A stretch of DNA of 64,000 nt, from positions 6,882,001 through 6,946,000 of the forward strand of contig CM069158.1 of the NCBI GenBank assembly GCA_035221665.1, given 5' to 3'. Below, piece after piece: positions 50,650-64,000 of this stretch. Made by a program: the position numbers and the translations under genes. How positions within the stretch are numbered: position 1 is the first letter of the stretch; each line of letters starts with the position of its first letter. The notes beneath the pieces are model-generated. The model was not told the origin of the DNA and did not search any database. It was given only the letters and a program-made list of their open reading frames with translations. Source of the DNA: Okamejei kenojei. Lineage: Eukaryota.

Positions 50650-52230
50650 AAACTGCATTACAGCTAGAGTAGTATGGCAATTTTATTGTTCAAGTTTCAA
50701 TATGTTAGTGAGTCCTTCAGCAGCAATGTCCCAGGAGATTTTTCCTCTCTGCTCCCCTTCATCCCTCCTTTTGATTTTAGGTTTATTGCAATTCAGGACA
50801 TTTTCTATGACTGCATCGGAATTTAATGTCACTAACAGAGACCTCCTTGCCAACGTTCTGCCATTCACTTCTTGAAAAATGCATTCACTAGATTTTCAGT
50901 ACAGCCGTAATCCGATAATTCCATAATTTCATCACAGTCACCATCTTTACGCACACAAAATCCTTCAAAAGTTACTTCACGTGACCCTTCAAACATGGCG
51001 GAGTAGTTTTCACAGCGGGTGAGGCAGCATCAATGGAGCGAAGGAAATAGGCGTCGTTTCGGGGCAAAACCCTTCTTCAGAAACGTTGTCTATTTCCATC
51101 GCTCCATAGAAACTCCACCTGCTGAGTTTCTCCAGCATTTTTGTCTGCCTTTGATTTTCCAGCATCTGCTGTTCCTTCTTAAACAAGTAGTTTTCACCAC
51201 CATTTTTGCCATATTCACTCTTCACCTGCTTCCATGCATGAGACACATTACAAAGTTGTCTTGTCAATGGAATATTTTGACTGACAATCTTGAATTATCC
51301 TTTCTTCAATCAGCCTTGAAGTCACTCTGGTACTCCTCTTTAGCATTGTATCATGCCTTATGAAAAATAACATATTCAAGATTTTCAGTCAAAATGTTCC
51401 AACAATAGAGCATTTTAATCCACAGACAGAATTAATCTTGTCACATTGGCAGAGAGAAAAGTAACACATATTTCCATTCACAAGTTATTGTGCAGGAGGA
51501 TTTGTACAGCAGTTATCCAACACAACCACTATATCTTCAGACAGGAAAGAGTCAAGATGCTGGAGTAATAGTAGGTCGAGCAGCATCCCTGGAGACCGCC
51601 AGTAGGTGAAGCTTCAGGTGGGCATCCTTCAGATTGAAGAAGGGCCCAGATATAAAACAGCACCTATCCATGTTCTCCAGGGATGCTGCCTGACCTGCTG
51701 AGTTACTCCAGCATTATGTCTTTCCTTTGTAAATCAGCATCTGCAGTTCCTAGCTTCTACATTTATCTTTAGACAGTCCCCTTTAAATAAATGTTCTTTT
51801 ATGCTTGGTACAAATATATCATAAAACCGTCAAACAAGTTTCTGCTTCCATCCAGACATTACATTGAGATTTATGATCAGCAAGGAAATAGGTGGTGCCT
51901 TTAGAAAGAAATTTGCTTTGAATACTTCCCAACGACAAGTGATTTCACTCAGATGCTTCCTGTGACATTCACACATGTGGTCAAGCGATCTTTGATTTGT
52001 TTAACCCAGGACAGAACTATTTTGTTCACTTCAACTAAAATCGTTTGGAAGGCGGAACCACGTTAAACCTTTTGCAGCAGGGTTATAGATTTGCTCATCA
52101 GTCAGATCGTGTTCACTAACTAAATTCTTAAATGTTTCATAAAATTCCTCTGCCATCATATTGCCCGATTTCTGTTGGCTTAGTCTTCATGACGTACCGC
52201 ATCTCAAAGCAAATAAACTGTCCTTGAGAA
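50650..52230 (-). mobile_element. Ancient Tigger/pogo transposase remnant interrupted by Penelope repeats (duplicate near 57770-59285)
   Basis: Minus-strand peptides EHDLTDEQIYNPAAKGLTWFRLP (cf. QIYNADETGLFW), LDNCCTNPP (cf. LDNCSAHP) and TFLSANVTRLILSVD (cf. FLPPNTTSLIQPMD). Confidence 0.75.
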
Positions 52231-53489
52231 AAGAGACACAACTCCGATTATATATTTTTTCATAATTCATTTGCATTTTGCACTAGCAATGGCCCTTCAT
52301 CTCTTTAAGGAAAAAGCCATATAAAGCATTCGATTATCACACCTCATGAATGCGGGCGATTGCATTTCTGAGACACTTCTCAATCATTTACCTCTGCCAC
52401 TGTTGAGAAGAGCTCTAAAGTTTGGATTATTATGTGAAAATTGTTTCACAATAATATTAGAACATTGATTTTCACTTAATTTTTATAAGGCCAAATTTAT
52501 GTATTATTGATACAAAAAGTTAGTAAAATTTATATAATTTCTTTAATGTTAACAATATCTTTATCGTTGGTAAAAGGCTATTCCCGTTAATCTTCCTACC
52601 TTTTACCAGGATTTCTCGCGATTCTTATTCAACATCCATCTGTCTAAATATCCATAAGATGGATGGGAGAAACACAGTCCAGTTTATATAATGCAGTTGG
52701 TGACCATTGTCATTCATAAAAGCCCATGAGGCACTGCAAATGGGCTGCTGTTCAGAATATGAACCAAATCGTATCAGAACCCGGCAAGCCAGATTAAAAT
52801 TCCTGATTCTGAACAAGAATTCTGAAATTATGAAATTAATATTCGTAGAAATATTTACTAGTTGCATGTGAATTCCTCTGCGTGGTTCTACTTTCATTCA
52901 AATTATTTCCATAAAGACTAGGGAAACAATTTGAATGAAAGCAGAACCATGTGGAGGAATTATAGACTATGGATCGTGAGTAATTGCAACGTAGAACTCT
53001 AGTACAATTTGAAGTTTTATTTCCTAATGTCTGGATGTAATGAGGCAAAAGTGGATTCCTTTAATCATTTTGTCTTTTGAGTTAACTACTTTTGCTGTCA
53101 TGGGTAGTAATTCCTCTGGTATCTTGCATGAATTTTGATAGCATTTGTCAGCCGCCTGAAACTTGTTTCTAGCACCGTCTCTGCTTGTCCCACAATCTAG
53201 AACAAGCATACAGAGCCCGATTGTAAGGGGCGACACAAAGTTGCTGCCTGACGGCGCCAGAGACATGGGTTAGATTCTGACTACGGGTGCTGTCAGTATG
53301 GAGTTTGTACGTTCTCCCTGTGACCACATGGTTTTCCCAGGTGTTCCAGTTCCTCTCTTATCCGAAAGACATGCAGGTTTGTAGGTTAATTGGCTTCCTT
53401 AACCATTGTAAAATGTCCCTCGTAGGATAGTGCTAGTGTGCAGGGTGATCGCTGGTCGGCACAGACTCGGTGGCCCGAAGGGACCAGTG

Positions 53490-56400
53490 CCAGGCATTCA
53501 CCACCACCTGTGTTTTTAAAAGAAAACGTTCCCCGCACATCTCCTTTAAACTTTGCGCCCCCCCCCCACCACAGCTTAAACAAATGCCCTCAAGTATTTG
53601 ATTTTTTCCATCTTGTAGGGGGAGGGGGGGGTGAAGGTTATTCAATGATACAATTATGATACAATGATACAATTTATTTGTTGACATTTGAACCTCATTG
53701 AAGTTCAAACGAAATTGTGGTTTCTGCAGTCATACACACAATAAAAAGAACCAAGGCACAACACAATGTACACAAACATCCATCACAACGAATCCCCTCC
53801 TCACTGTGATGGAAGGCAGTCTTGTCTCTTAGGTTCTGACTGTCGACTCTATCTATGCCCCTCATAAATGTTATACACTTCCAGCAGTTCTCCCCACAAC
53901 CTCTGGTATTGCAGAACAAACAAAATCAAGTCTGTTCAACCTTTCCCTGTAGCTAATATTCCCTAATTCAGGCATCCATGTGGTATAGTTAAAATAATAA
54001 AAACTGACATGGTTTATATGGAGAAAGCTATGTCTGGTTGAAATTTATAGCAACATGTACAATTTGACTTTGCAGGAAGTATATTTTCACACATGATAGT
54101 GGAGGTTCTGAAATTCACTCAAAAGCTGTTTGTTGAAATGTTTTTAATTCTGAGATTAACAAGAGAATTGGAGCAAACAAATGGAGCTGAGAACCAAATC
54201 GTATTAATTTATTATTGTCACGTACACTAGGATACAGTGCAAAATGTTGCATACTTCCCAGTCAAATCATCTTGCACATGAGTACAAGCAAATCATTCAG
54301 GAAGTGCAAAGAGAAAAATACCAAAGTGCAGAATGAAGTGTTACAGCTAATAGGAGTTCAGATTTTTATTTTAAACGTACAAGTGGCACAGTTGGTAGAA
54401 CACACCTCCTCACAGCGCCATTAGCTCGGGTCAATCCTGACCTCGGGTGCTGTCTGTGGAGTGTTTGCACTATCTCCCTGTGACCATGTGGGTTTCCTTA
54501 GAATGCTCCCGTTTTCTCCCACATCCCAAAGACACGTGTGTCTGTAGGCTACTTGACCTCTGTAAATTGCCTTTGGTGTATAGGGAGTGGATGAGAAAGT
54601 GGGCTAACATGGAACCACTGTGAACGGGTGATCGACGTTCAGCATGGTCTTGATGGGCCAAAGGGCCAGTTACCATGCTGCACCTCTAAACTAAACAGGT
54701 AAGAATTAAATGAGGCAAGTTGAGAGATTAGAACTCCATTTCAGCTTACAAAAGGTCCATTCAGTGGTCTGATAGCAGGGAGTTCTGCCCGCCAGGTCAA
54801 TACTGACCAGCAGTATTCATCCCATTATCTAGCACTTAGTCCATGACACTAAGCTGGGGGGCAGTGTTCGCTGTGAGGAGGATGCTAGGAGACTGCAAGG
54901 TGACTTGGATAGGCTGGGTGAGTGGGCAAATGTTTGGCAGATGCAGTATAATGTGGATAAATGTGAGGTTATCCACTTTGGTGGCAAAAACAGGAAAGCA
55001 GACTATTATTTAAATGGTGGCCGATTAGGAAAAGGGGAGATGCAGCGAGAGACCTGGGTGTCATGGTACACCAGTCATTGAAAGTAGGCATGCAGGTGCA
55101 GCAGGCAGTGAAAAAAAGCGATGGTATGTTAGCTTTCATAGCAAAGGATTTGAGTACAGGAGCAGGGAGGTTATACTTCAGTTGTACAGGGTCTTGGTGA
55201 GACCACACCTGGAGTATTGCGTTGCAGTTTTGGTCTCCAAATCTGAGGAAGGACATTATTGCCATAGAGGAGTGCAGAGAAGGTTCACCAGTGATTCCTG
55301 GGATGTCAGGACTGTCTTATGAAGAAAGACTGGATAGACTTGGTTATACTCTCTGGAATTTAGGAGATTAAGAGGGGATCTTATAGAAACTTACAAAATT
55401 CTTAAGGGGTTGGACAGGCTAGATGCAGGAAGATTGTTCCGATGTTGGGGAAGTCCAGGACAAGGGGTCACAGCTTAAGGATAAGGGGGAAAATCCTTTT
55501 AAGACCGAGATGAGAAAGACTTTTTTCACACAGAGAGTGGTGAGTCTCTGGAACTCTCTGCCACAGAGGGTAGTTGAGGCCAGTTCATTGGCTATATTTA
55601 AGAGTGAGTTGGATGTGGCCCTTGTGGCTAAGGGGATCAGAGGGTATGGAGAGAAGGCAGGTACGGGATACTGAGTTGGATGATCAGCCATGATCATATT
55701 GAATGGCGGTGCAGGCTCGAAGGGCTGAATGGCCTACTCCTGCACCTAAATTTCTATGTTTCTATGTTTCTATGTTTCAATGCAGATGCTCATCTAAACA
55801 CTTCTTAAATGCTGTCAATTACTCCTCTTCCATCGCTATGTCAGGCAGTGTGTTCCAGCTGCTCATCACACTGGATGAAAAAGTGAGATCATATAACCTG
55901 TGCTAAGATGAGAACTAAAATCTTTAACTTTAAAAAACATTCCGTAAAGATAGTGTAGTCGTGGCTTTATTAACTGGAGCTCTGTGGCTGGCAGAAGCAT
56001 TGCTATCGGATGAGATGAAAAGTTCGTTAGGGGCAGAATTAGGCTATTCGACCCATCAAGTCTACTCCACCATTCAGTCATGGTTGATTTATCTTTTCCT
56101 CTCAGCTCCATTCTCCTACCTTCTCCCGATAACTTAATTCTTCTGAGAATTAAGTCTTTGAAACTTCCACAGGAAGCGGAGGTTTTTACATTAAAATGAC
56201 ACAAAGAAAATTACTGACCATCATACAATGTTTAAGAAAGAACTGCAGATGCTGGAAAACACAAACTTAGACAAAAAAAGCTGGAGAAACTCAGTGGGTG
56301 AGGCAGCATCTATGGAGCAACGGAATAGGTGACGCTTCGGGTCGAGACCCTTCTTCAGACTGATTGGGGGGGGGGGGGGCGGGATACGATAGTATAATAG

Positions 56401-59400
56401 TACTCTATATATCTTTAAATTGCTGAACTACATGTTGTAGCGGCAGATTTTCATATCTTTCAGAAATTAGCATGATCTCCTTTAGATCTCGCATGGACCC
56501 TGCATGGTCAAAGGGTTAACCCTCCCCATCGTTTCTCAAAACTAATCTAAAAACAAAACTTTTGCGCAAGCATTTAAGCTCCAAACACGTCATTAATCCC
56601 ACCCACAATATAACAGGCAGTCTCCACTGCCCTCTGAGGCAGAGAATTCCATAGACTCACAACTCTCTGTGTGAAAAGGTTTTTCCTCATCTCCGTTCTA
56701 AATGGCTTACCCCTTACACTGCACTCCCTCAATAGCAAGAATGTCCGTCCTCAAATTGGGAGACAAACTGCACACAGTACTCCAGGTGTGGTCTCCTTAG
56801 TGAAGACAGACTTAAAGCCCCGTCCCACAGTACGAGTTCATTCCAAGAGCTTTACCGAGTTTGCCCTGATTCGAACTCGGAGATTTATGGTAATGGCGAC
56901 TCGTCGGTACTCGGGTCTCTGGTGGACATTTTTCAACATGTTGAAAAATCTACACCAGTCTTCCCGTGCTTACCTGCCGTTAGCGAGTCTTCCCGAGTAC
57001 CTGCCGTTAGTGTTACGAGCCGCTAAGAGACGTCCCTGAGCTCCGACATACCCGCTACGTTCATTCTCCGTGCTTACCACGAGTTTGATTTTTTTTAAAC
57101 TTGAGGGAGCTCTTGGAATGAACTTGTACCATGGAACAGGGCTATTACCACCTTAAATAACAATATTTTACACTGCAATTGTGTAAGGCATGTACATTGT
57201 GAATGGCTCGATTGTAATCGTGTATTGCCTTTCCGCTGACTGGTTAGCACGTAACAAAGGCTTTTCACTGTACCTTGGTACATGTGACACTAAACTAAAC
57301 TATAAACAGAATCCAAGCAAAATTCAGCAATAATAAGTGACTGCTCAACATAATGTACCAAATCTCTAAAGAGGATGTTACTGCTAATTCGCCTACAACT
57401 GAATGTCCCTTGTGTATAAACATAAATAAACTAATTTTTTCATAGATCTTACATAGTGCTTGAAATAGAATTTACTGTTTGAGCTTTTTTTTCTTGAAAG
57501 CAAAACAACCTTAAATGGGCTTTTCATAGAATTTTAGTCTAGGCTACCATTTAAACAAAAATGACTATTCTAAACATGAAAAAAACACAATTCAATTTGT
57601 TTTCACCAACATTTCTGTTCTGGATACCCAAGAATCTCATTAAGTTCAACAGAACCTTTGGTGACGAAAGGCTGAGGAGATGTATATTTACTGGCCTACT
57701 TCATTAGATCGCTTGTGTCCCTGCTTTCATACCTCCCACTCTCGGGCAAAAAGTGTGAATGAAGGTGAAACTGCATTACAGCTAGAGTAGTACGGCAATT
57801 TTATTGTTCAAGTTTCAAAACGTTAGTGAGTCCTCCAGCAGCAATGTCCCAGGAATTTTTTCCTCTCTGCTCCCCTTCATCCCTCCTTTTGATTTTAGGT
57901 TTATTGCAATTCAGGACATTTTCTATGACTGCATCGGAATTTAATGTCACTAACAGAGACCTCCTTGCCAACGTTCTGCCATTCACTTCTTGAAAAATGC
58001 ATTCACTAGATTTTCAGTACAGCCGTAATCCGATAATTCCATAATTTCATCACAGTCACCATCTTTACGCACACAAAATCCTTCAAAAGTTACTTCACAT
58101 GACCCTTCAAATATGGCAGAGTAGTTTTCACAGCGGGTGAGGCAGCATCAATGGAGCGAAGGAAATAGGCGACGTTTCGGGGCAAAAAAGTTCTTCAGAA
58201 ACGTTGTCTATTTGCTTCGCTCCATAGATGCTGCCTCACCTGCTGAGTTTCTCCAGCATTTTTGTCTACCTTCGATTTTCCAGCATCTGCTGTTCCTTCT
58301 TAAACAAGGAGTAGTTTTCACCACCATTTTTGCCATATTAACTCTTCACCTGCTTCCATGCATAAGCCACATTTACAAAGTTGTTTTGTCAATGGAATAT
58401 TTTGACTGACAATCTTGAATTATCCTTTCTTCAGTCAGTCTTGAACTCACTCTGGTACTCCTCTTTAACATTGTATCATGCCTTATGAAAAATAACAAAC
58501 ATATTCAAGATTTTCAGTCAAAATGTTCCAACAATAGAGCTTTTTAATCCACAGACTGAATTAATCTTGTCACATTGGCAGAGAGAAAAGTAACACATAT
58601 TTCCATTCACAAGTTATTATGCAGGAGGATTTGTACAGCAGTTATCCAACACAGCCACTATATCTTCAGACAGGAAAGAGACAAGATGCTGGAGTAATAG
58701 TAGGTCGGGCAGCATCCCTGGAGACCGCCAGTAGGTGAAGCTTCAGGTGGGCATCCTTCAGATTGAAGAAGGGTCGAGATACAAAACAGCACCTATCCAT
58801 GTTCTCCAGGGATGCTGCCTGACCTGCTGACTTACTCCAGCATTATGTCTTTCCTTTGAAAACCAGCATCTGCAGTTCCTAGCTTCTACATTTATCTTCA
58901 GACAGTCCCCTTTAAATAAATGTTCTTTTATGCTTGGTACAAATATATCATAAAACCGCCAAACAAGTTTCTGCTTCCATCCAGACATAACGTTGAGATT
59001 TATGATCAGCAAGGAAAAGGTGGTGCCTTTAGAAAGAAATTTGCTTTGAATACTTCCCAACGACAAGTGATTTCACTCAGATGCTTCCTGTGACATTCAC
59101 ACATGTGGTCAAGCGATCTTTGATTTGTTTAACCCAGGACAGAACTATTTTATTCACTTCAACTAAAATTGTTTGGAAGGCGGAACCACATTAACCCTTC
59201 TGCAGCAGGGTTACAGATTTGCTCATCAGTCAGGTCGTGTTCTCTAACTAAATTCTTAAATGTTTCATAAAATTCCTCTACCATCTTTGCTATATTTAAG
59301 AGTGAGTTGGATGTGGCCCTTGTGGCTAAGGTGATCAGAGCGTATCGAGAGAAGGCAGGTACGGGATACTGAGTTGGATGACCAGCCATGATCATATTGA

Positions 59401-59484
59401 ATGGCGGTGCAGGCTCGAAGGGCTGAATGGCCTACTCCTGCACCTATTTCTATGTTTCTATATTGCCCGATTTCTGTTGGCTTA
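53490..59484 (+). repeat. Intronic segmental duplication, copy 2
   Basis: Same order of elements as copy 1. Both end at tattgcccgatttctgttggctta. Confidence 0.93.
54845..55777 (+). mobile_element. 5'-truncated CR1 insertion present only in duplicate copy 2
   Basis: CR1 RT C-terminal sequence with a (tttctatg)3 tail. The empty site in copy 1 reads ccatgggcaatgcagatg near 47945. Confidence 0.92.
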
Positions 59485-60454
59485 ATGGCCCTGTCTCACT
59501 GTGCGACTTGACCCACGAGGTACCCCGAGTGACAGACTCGTGGTTGTGCATGAGATCCCAAGTTGATGTTCAAGTGTTTGAACCGAGTTCCCACGGGTAT
59601 GGTATTTTGCCGTTTACTGCGATGTTCCAAGTTCGTCTCCCGTTTACTCTTGAGCTGACAAAGTTCGTCTCCCGTTAACTCTTGAGCTGACAATGTCTCC
59701 TGAAAAGTGACACAGTGTTTCTAACAGGCCCTTCGGCCGACCAAGTCCGCGACGACCAGCGACACTAGCACCATCCTACACACTAGGGTCAATTTACATT
59801 TTTAGTTACATTTACATTTACTAAACTTATTTTTAGTTACATTTTTAGACAATTTACAACCAAAGCCAATTAGCCTTCTTCAGAAAAAAATCAGAGGTTT
59901 GAAGAATTGCCCGAAACATCTCCTGCCCATATTGTAGTCAGGCCCACTGAGTTCCTCCAACATTTTAGGTTTTGAGTGACATTGGCAGGATTGCTCTGAT
60001 ACCCACCATAGACTCGATGGGCCCAACAGGTCCAGTGTCATAATGAAATATGAAGCATTCTGCGATTCGGCCGTGCGCCTGTTCACGCTGGATATCGGGG
60101 CCAGAACTCGCTTTGAAAGTTCATGGTAGAAAACGAGAGGGGACATTCCGGGTTAACAACTGAGATGAAGCATTTGTAGTGAAGAAATGGGTATTTGTGA
60201 TTGGCTGCATATTTGGCCCATGTGCATTTCTTTACCAAATTCCTTGCATAAAGCAGCCCTGCCCGGATCTGTCAGTACCAGGAGTATGAGAACAGGTGCG
60301 GACAGGCAGCAAGCGGCGGGGACGTTTGCCAGGAGTGGGGGCATCATGTACACATTAGCCAGCTCACCTCATACATGTTGGACACATACATGTGGTGTCC
60401 ACAAATACACAGACTGTACGTTTACTTGTGTGTGTCTGTCAATGTCTGCGAGTT

Positions 60455-60765
60455 AAAATAGTAAGATTAAACGAGAACTTACCAGTTCGAAGTTTGATCG
60501 TTATTTTATGAGGAGTAACGATGAGGGATTACGTGAAGAAGCCCCGCCTGGCGCTAGAACGGCATACTTCAAAGCAGCGGCATGAAAAACACAGAACACA
60601 ATAGCCGGAGTAAGATAGTAAGGCTCATCATAGATTTAGAACTACCAGATGATCATTTATTTTATGAGGGTGGGGAGTGGAGGGCACGTAATCCCTCATT
60701 GTTACTCCTCATAAAATAACGATCAAACTTCGAACTGGTAAGTTCTCGTTTAATCTTACTATTTT
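60455..60765. repeat. 81-bp inverted repeat: DIRS right-end extension and internal complementary region
   Basis: 60455-60535 is the reverse complement of 60685-60765 with one mismatch seen. The element ends in TTT(T) on the minus strand. Confidence 0.92.
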
Positions 60766-61041
60766 ACTACGGAGTCACGTGAGTGATTACGTGAAGATTT
60801 TGAAGCTTCTGTGTTTTCCATGTCGTAGAATTCTTCCATACGACAGTCCGGCTAGGTCAACACATACATGAGTAAAAAACCTTTTACCAGACCAGTTTTA
60901 GTTCTTTCCATAAATCTTTTAATGATAAAAGAACATATAATAACCCCCTTTTTACATCTGGGGAAACCATTACAAAGTGATAAAAGATATAAGTGATAAC
61001 ATAATCGATAATATCAATCGATAGTGAAACAAAGCAGGTGA

Positions 61042-61984
61042 TTATAGTGAACCCAACACCGCGTGTCCAAAGCCTGTCATTGTGTGAACAGGTTTATTGT
61101 AGAACTTTGAAAAAGTTTCTTCTTTACACCACCCTGCGGTTTCTAAAATGTGTTCGAGTGGTACGTCCTGTAACTTCGCCGCGGATGTAGCTGCTGCCCT
61201 GGTGGAGTGAGATTTGAACACATCAGTGTCTACTCCTGCTAAAAGTAACACCTGTTTTAACCACCTTGAAATTGTTTGCACTGAAGCTTTAGTGTGTGGT
61301 TTCTTATGCGTAATCATTAATGTTTTTTCATCACTCAAAGAGTTTTGGTAACTTTTACATATTGATTCAAATGTGTAACTACACACAACGTTGGATCAAT
61401 AGGGTAAGCTTGAAACATTACCTTTGCTTCAGTTCTCCCTGGTCTGCTTTGTTTGATCAGATCGTAAACATAGAACACATATTATCTGCAGCCACATGCA
61501 TACAGTCTAAACGTAGCATTTGTAATGTTTGCACCCTTTGAGCTGAAACCAATGCCATTAACATTACTAATTTAAATGTTAACTTTTCCAATGACAAAAC
61601 ATCGATTGGAGTCCATTGCCTAAGTAAAGTAAGTACAATGCTGACATCCCAAATTTCTGTATATCTTGGTTTGGGTGGATTTTTGTTAAAGATTCCTTTC
61701 ATAATTGATTTTTGGTCAGAGATTTTCCCTAAATAAGATGATAAGGCACTACGTGCACTATTAATGGCACTATAACTTAAGTGCTGTTCAAAATGCAACT
61801 CGGCAAGGAACTCCAATATGTTTGCAATGTTCACAGTATGATAGGATATATTTGATTGTCTACAAAAAATTTCCCATTTCTTTATATGTGTCATATATTG
61901 TCTCTGAGTGCTATCTCGCCATGATGCGACTATAATATCCATAGTTCTATCCGACAATCCAAGCTCTTGTAGTGGTCTGGTCAA
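61042..61984 (-). pseudogene. DIRS tyrosine recombinase, split by a frameshift/stop
   Basis: SAQRVQTL (catalytic R), HSTR, AGW and FSKFY motifs in ORFs 61457..61984 and 61042..61386. Confidence 0.9.
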
Positions 61985-63836
61985 AACCTGCAGATTAACA
62001 AATTCATATAAGCATGTAATGGATGAATTTCTTTGGTTACTGGTTTTATCAATAAATCACTGCTGCTAGGAATTGACATATATGGTTCTTTAATCATGTT
62101 TAACATCAATGGGAACCATGGTTGTGTCGGCCAATTTGGAATCACCAATAATCCTGTGGCAGAATCTTGTTCTATTTTCTTCAGACATTGCTGAACCAGA
62201 GCAAATGGCGGAAAGGCATAAAAGAACATATTCCCCCAATGTAGTGAAAAAGCATCTACTGCTACTGCATCTGGATCTGGTTCCCAAGACACATATTTAG
62301 GCAATTGATGATTTAATCTGGATGCAAACAGATCAATGTCTGGTAACCCATATTGAATCACAATTTTACTGAAAATTACTGTGTTCAACATCCATTCTGT
62401 GTTATCTTTAACCACCCTTGATCTATTGTCTGCCACCACATTGTCTTTACCTGGGATGTAATTTGCCGAAATCCAAATTTGGTGCTTAATACACCACTGC
62501 CATATCTGATTGACCAGACAATCACATGATACCGATCTGACTCCACCCATGTGATTAATATATGCAACAGCTGTTTTATTGTCTAATTGTATCAGTACAT
62601 GCAGATTCTTTTTTGTAGAACAATAGGCTTTTAACCCATAAAATGCTCCCTATAATTCTAAATAGTTAATACCATATGTTTGGAGAAACATTTCCTCTTG
62701 GACAGTCCATCTGCCCCCACAGCTGGTAAATGAATCTGTCGCCCCCCCATCCGAGAGCACTAGCATCTGTTTGTAAAATTACTTCAGGCTGTTGTATCAG
62801 AATGTTTTTAAACAGCTTGTGGGACATTTTCAATCCACCATTGTAATTCCAATAAAGCTTCTTTTGTTAATTGCATAGGCCTATCAAAATGGCCTGCTCT
62901 CTTTTTTAGAACTCTTATTTTGTCCCTTTGAAGGTTTTGGTAATGTAATGGACCAAATTCTACTGCAGGAAATGCTGCTACTAATTTACCAATAACCTTT
63001 GCTACTTCTCGGATGGACGGATAAGGTTTGTGAATGAGACCCCTACAGGTCATTAAAATATCATCAATCTTATCTGTTGGCAAAGTTACTAACATAGTAA
63101 CTGAGTTAATCACAAACCCCAAATAGTTAATTGACTGTGCTGGCTGCAGCTGGGACTTAATTGGATGAATCAAGAAACCTAACTTCTCAAATAAAGTTTT
63201 AGTTGCTGAAACTGATTTTTCAGCTGATTCCTGATTACTATTGATTAAAATGTCATCCAGATAAGCCATAATGATGTGCTTTTGTGCTCTTAATTGTGCT
63301 AAAGCTGGTTTGAACAGCTTTGTAAAGAGCCTGGGAGCTGAACTTAACCCATTTGGTAAAGCTTTGAATTGCCACAGCTGTCCCAGCCAATTAAATTTTA
63401 AATACCTTCGAAAGAACTGATGTATCGGTACTGAATAGTACGCATCCTTTAAATCAATTGTAGCCATATAACAACCTGCTGATATCAAATGTCTTGTAGT
63501 GTTGAATGTTTCCATCTTAAAATGTTTATACTCGACAAATTTATTAAAGTTTGTAAGGCCCAGAATAATTCTGCAACCACCATCTTTTTTACTTCTTGGA
63601 AATATATTTGACACACGTTGATGTTTATGTTCAACAGTTTTTTCAATAACACCTTTTTTAAACAATTTGTCAATTTCCACATTAATTTCTGCCTCTTCAA
63701 TTGCAGAAAACATGAAACCATAAGCAGGTTTATTTTGTACCGGATAGTTAACACCTTTAAATGTAATAGTAGCTCCTGAAACTGTTTGTAAAATACACCG
63801 ATCAGATGTGATGGCAAGCCATTCATCATAAAACAT
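61981..63836 (-). pseudogene. DIRS pol: RT (IDLKDAY, LPNGLSSAP, YLDD), RNase H (TDAS..GWG, INYLEL, DNKTAV) and adenine-MTase-like domain (IDLFAS, YAFPPF)
   Basis: ORFs 62808..63836 and 61981..62550. A break near 62808 and an in-frame stop (INYLEL*GAF) disrupt RNase H. Confidence 0.9.
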
Positions 63837-64000
63837 TTGTCAATCTCCCTTCAACTGGAGATTTGTCCACAGTTTCTTTAAGAATAGAATAATTTTTTTG
63901 TACCTCTCTATATGAACGTGGTGGTCTCCTTCTCCCATATACGGGTGAACATTAGGCTGTGTCGGATGGTAATATTTTCTTATCATATTCCTGCCTCTGT

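Larger units (their letters stand above)
46822..52182 (+). repeat. Intronic segmental duplication, copy 1
   Basis: Collinear with 53490-59484. Near-identical ORF pairs 47333/54215, 47583/54470, 50683/57801 and 51019/58137. Confidence 0.93.
60455..64000 (-). mobile_element. DIRS1-type tyrosine-recombinase retrotransposon, 3' portion; continues beyond the window
   Basis: Domain order RT, RNase H, methyltransferase-like, YR, followed by the ICR/right terminal repeat structure. Confidence 0.95.

Noticed and set aside
59990-60450. Possible promoter (gattgg CCAAT box, gcataaa)
   Set aside because: Short motifs expected by chance, with no associated exon or ORF.
46197-64000. Final PWWP3A exons (expected AII.AI..VD......AEEKY..GP)
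   Set aside because: Not recognised on the + strand. Presumably downstream, but a short exon could have been missed by eye.

Overview
Vertebrate genomic DNA, almost certainly elasmobranch (skate/ray/shark), judged from abundant HE1-like V-SINEs, CR1 LINEs and Penelope repeats. The window lies inside one + strand gene, a PWWP3A/MUM1 (EXPAND1) orthologue. Ten phase-compatible coding exons (7944-46196, 777 codons, one GC-AG intron) could be assembled by hand; the first and last coding exons were not found and probably lie outside the window. The introns are mostly mobile-element debris: CR1, Rex1/Babar, Penelope, V-SINEs, hAT and Harbinger MITEs, Tigger, an ERV remnant, and the 3' part of a DIRS1-type tyrosine-recombinase retrotransposon with its terminal repeat structure. 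Most unusual: (1) about 1 kb of ASPM-like IQ-repeat coding sequence captured inside a Gypsy-like LTR remnant, with a junction pattern suggesting template switching; (2) two ~200-bp LTRs fused tail-to-tail as a palindrome yet flanked by a single 5-bp target-site duplication; (3) a 5-6 kb intronic duplication with copy-specific insertions; (4) a minimal hammerhead-ribozyme core in sense orientation next to a PWWP exon. All homology calls are from motif recognition by eye, not from database searches.
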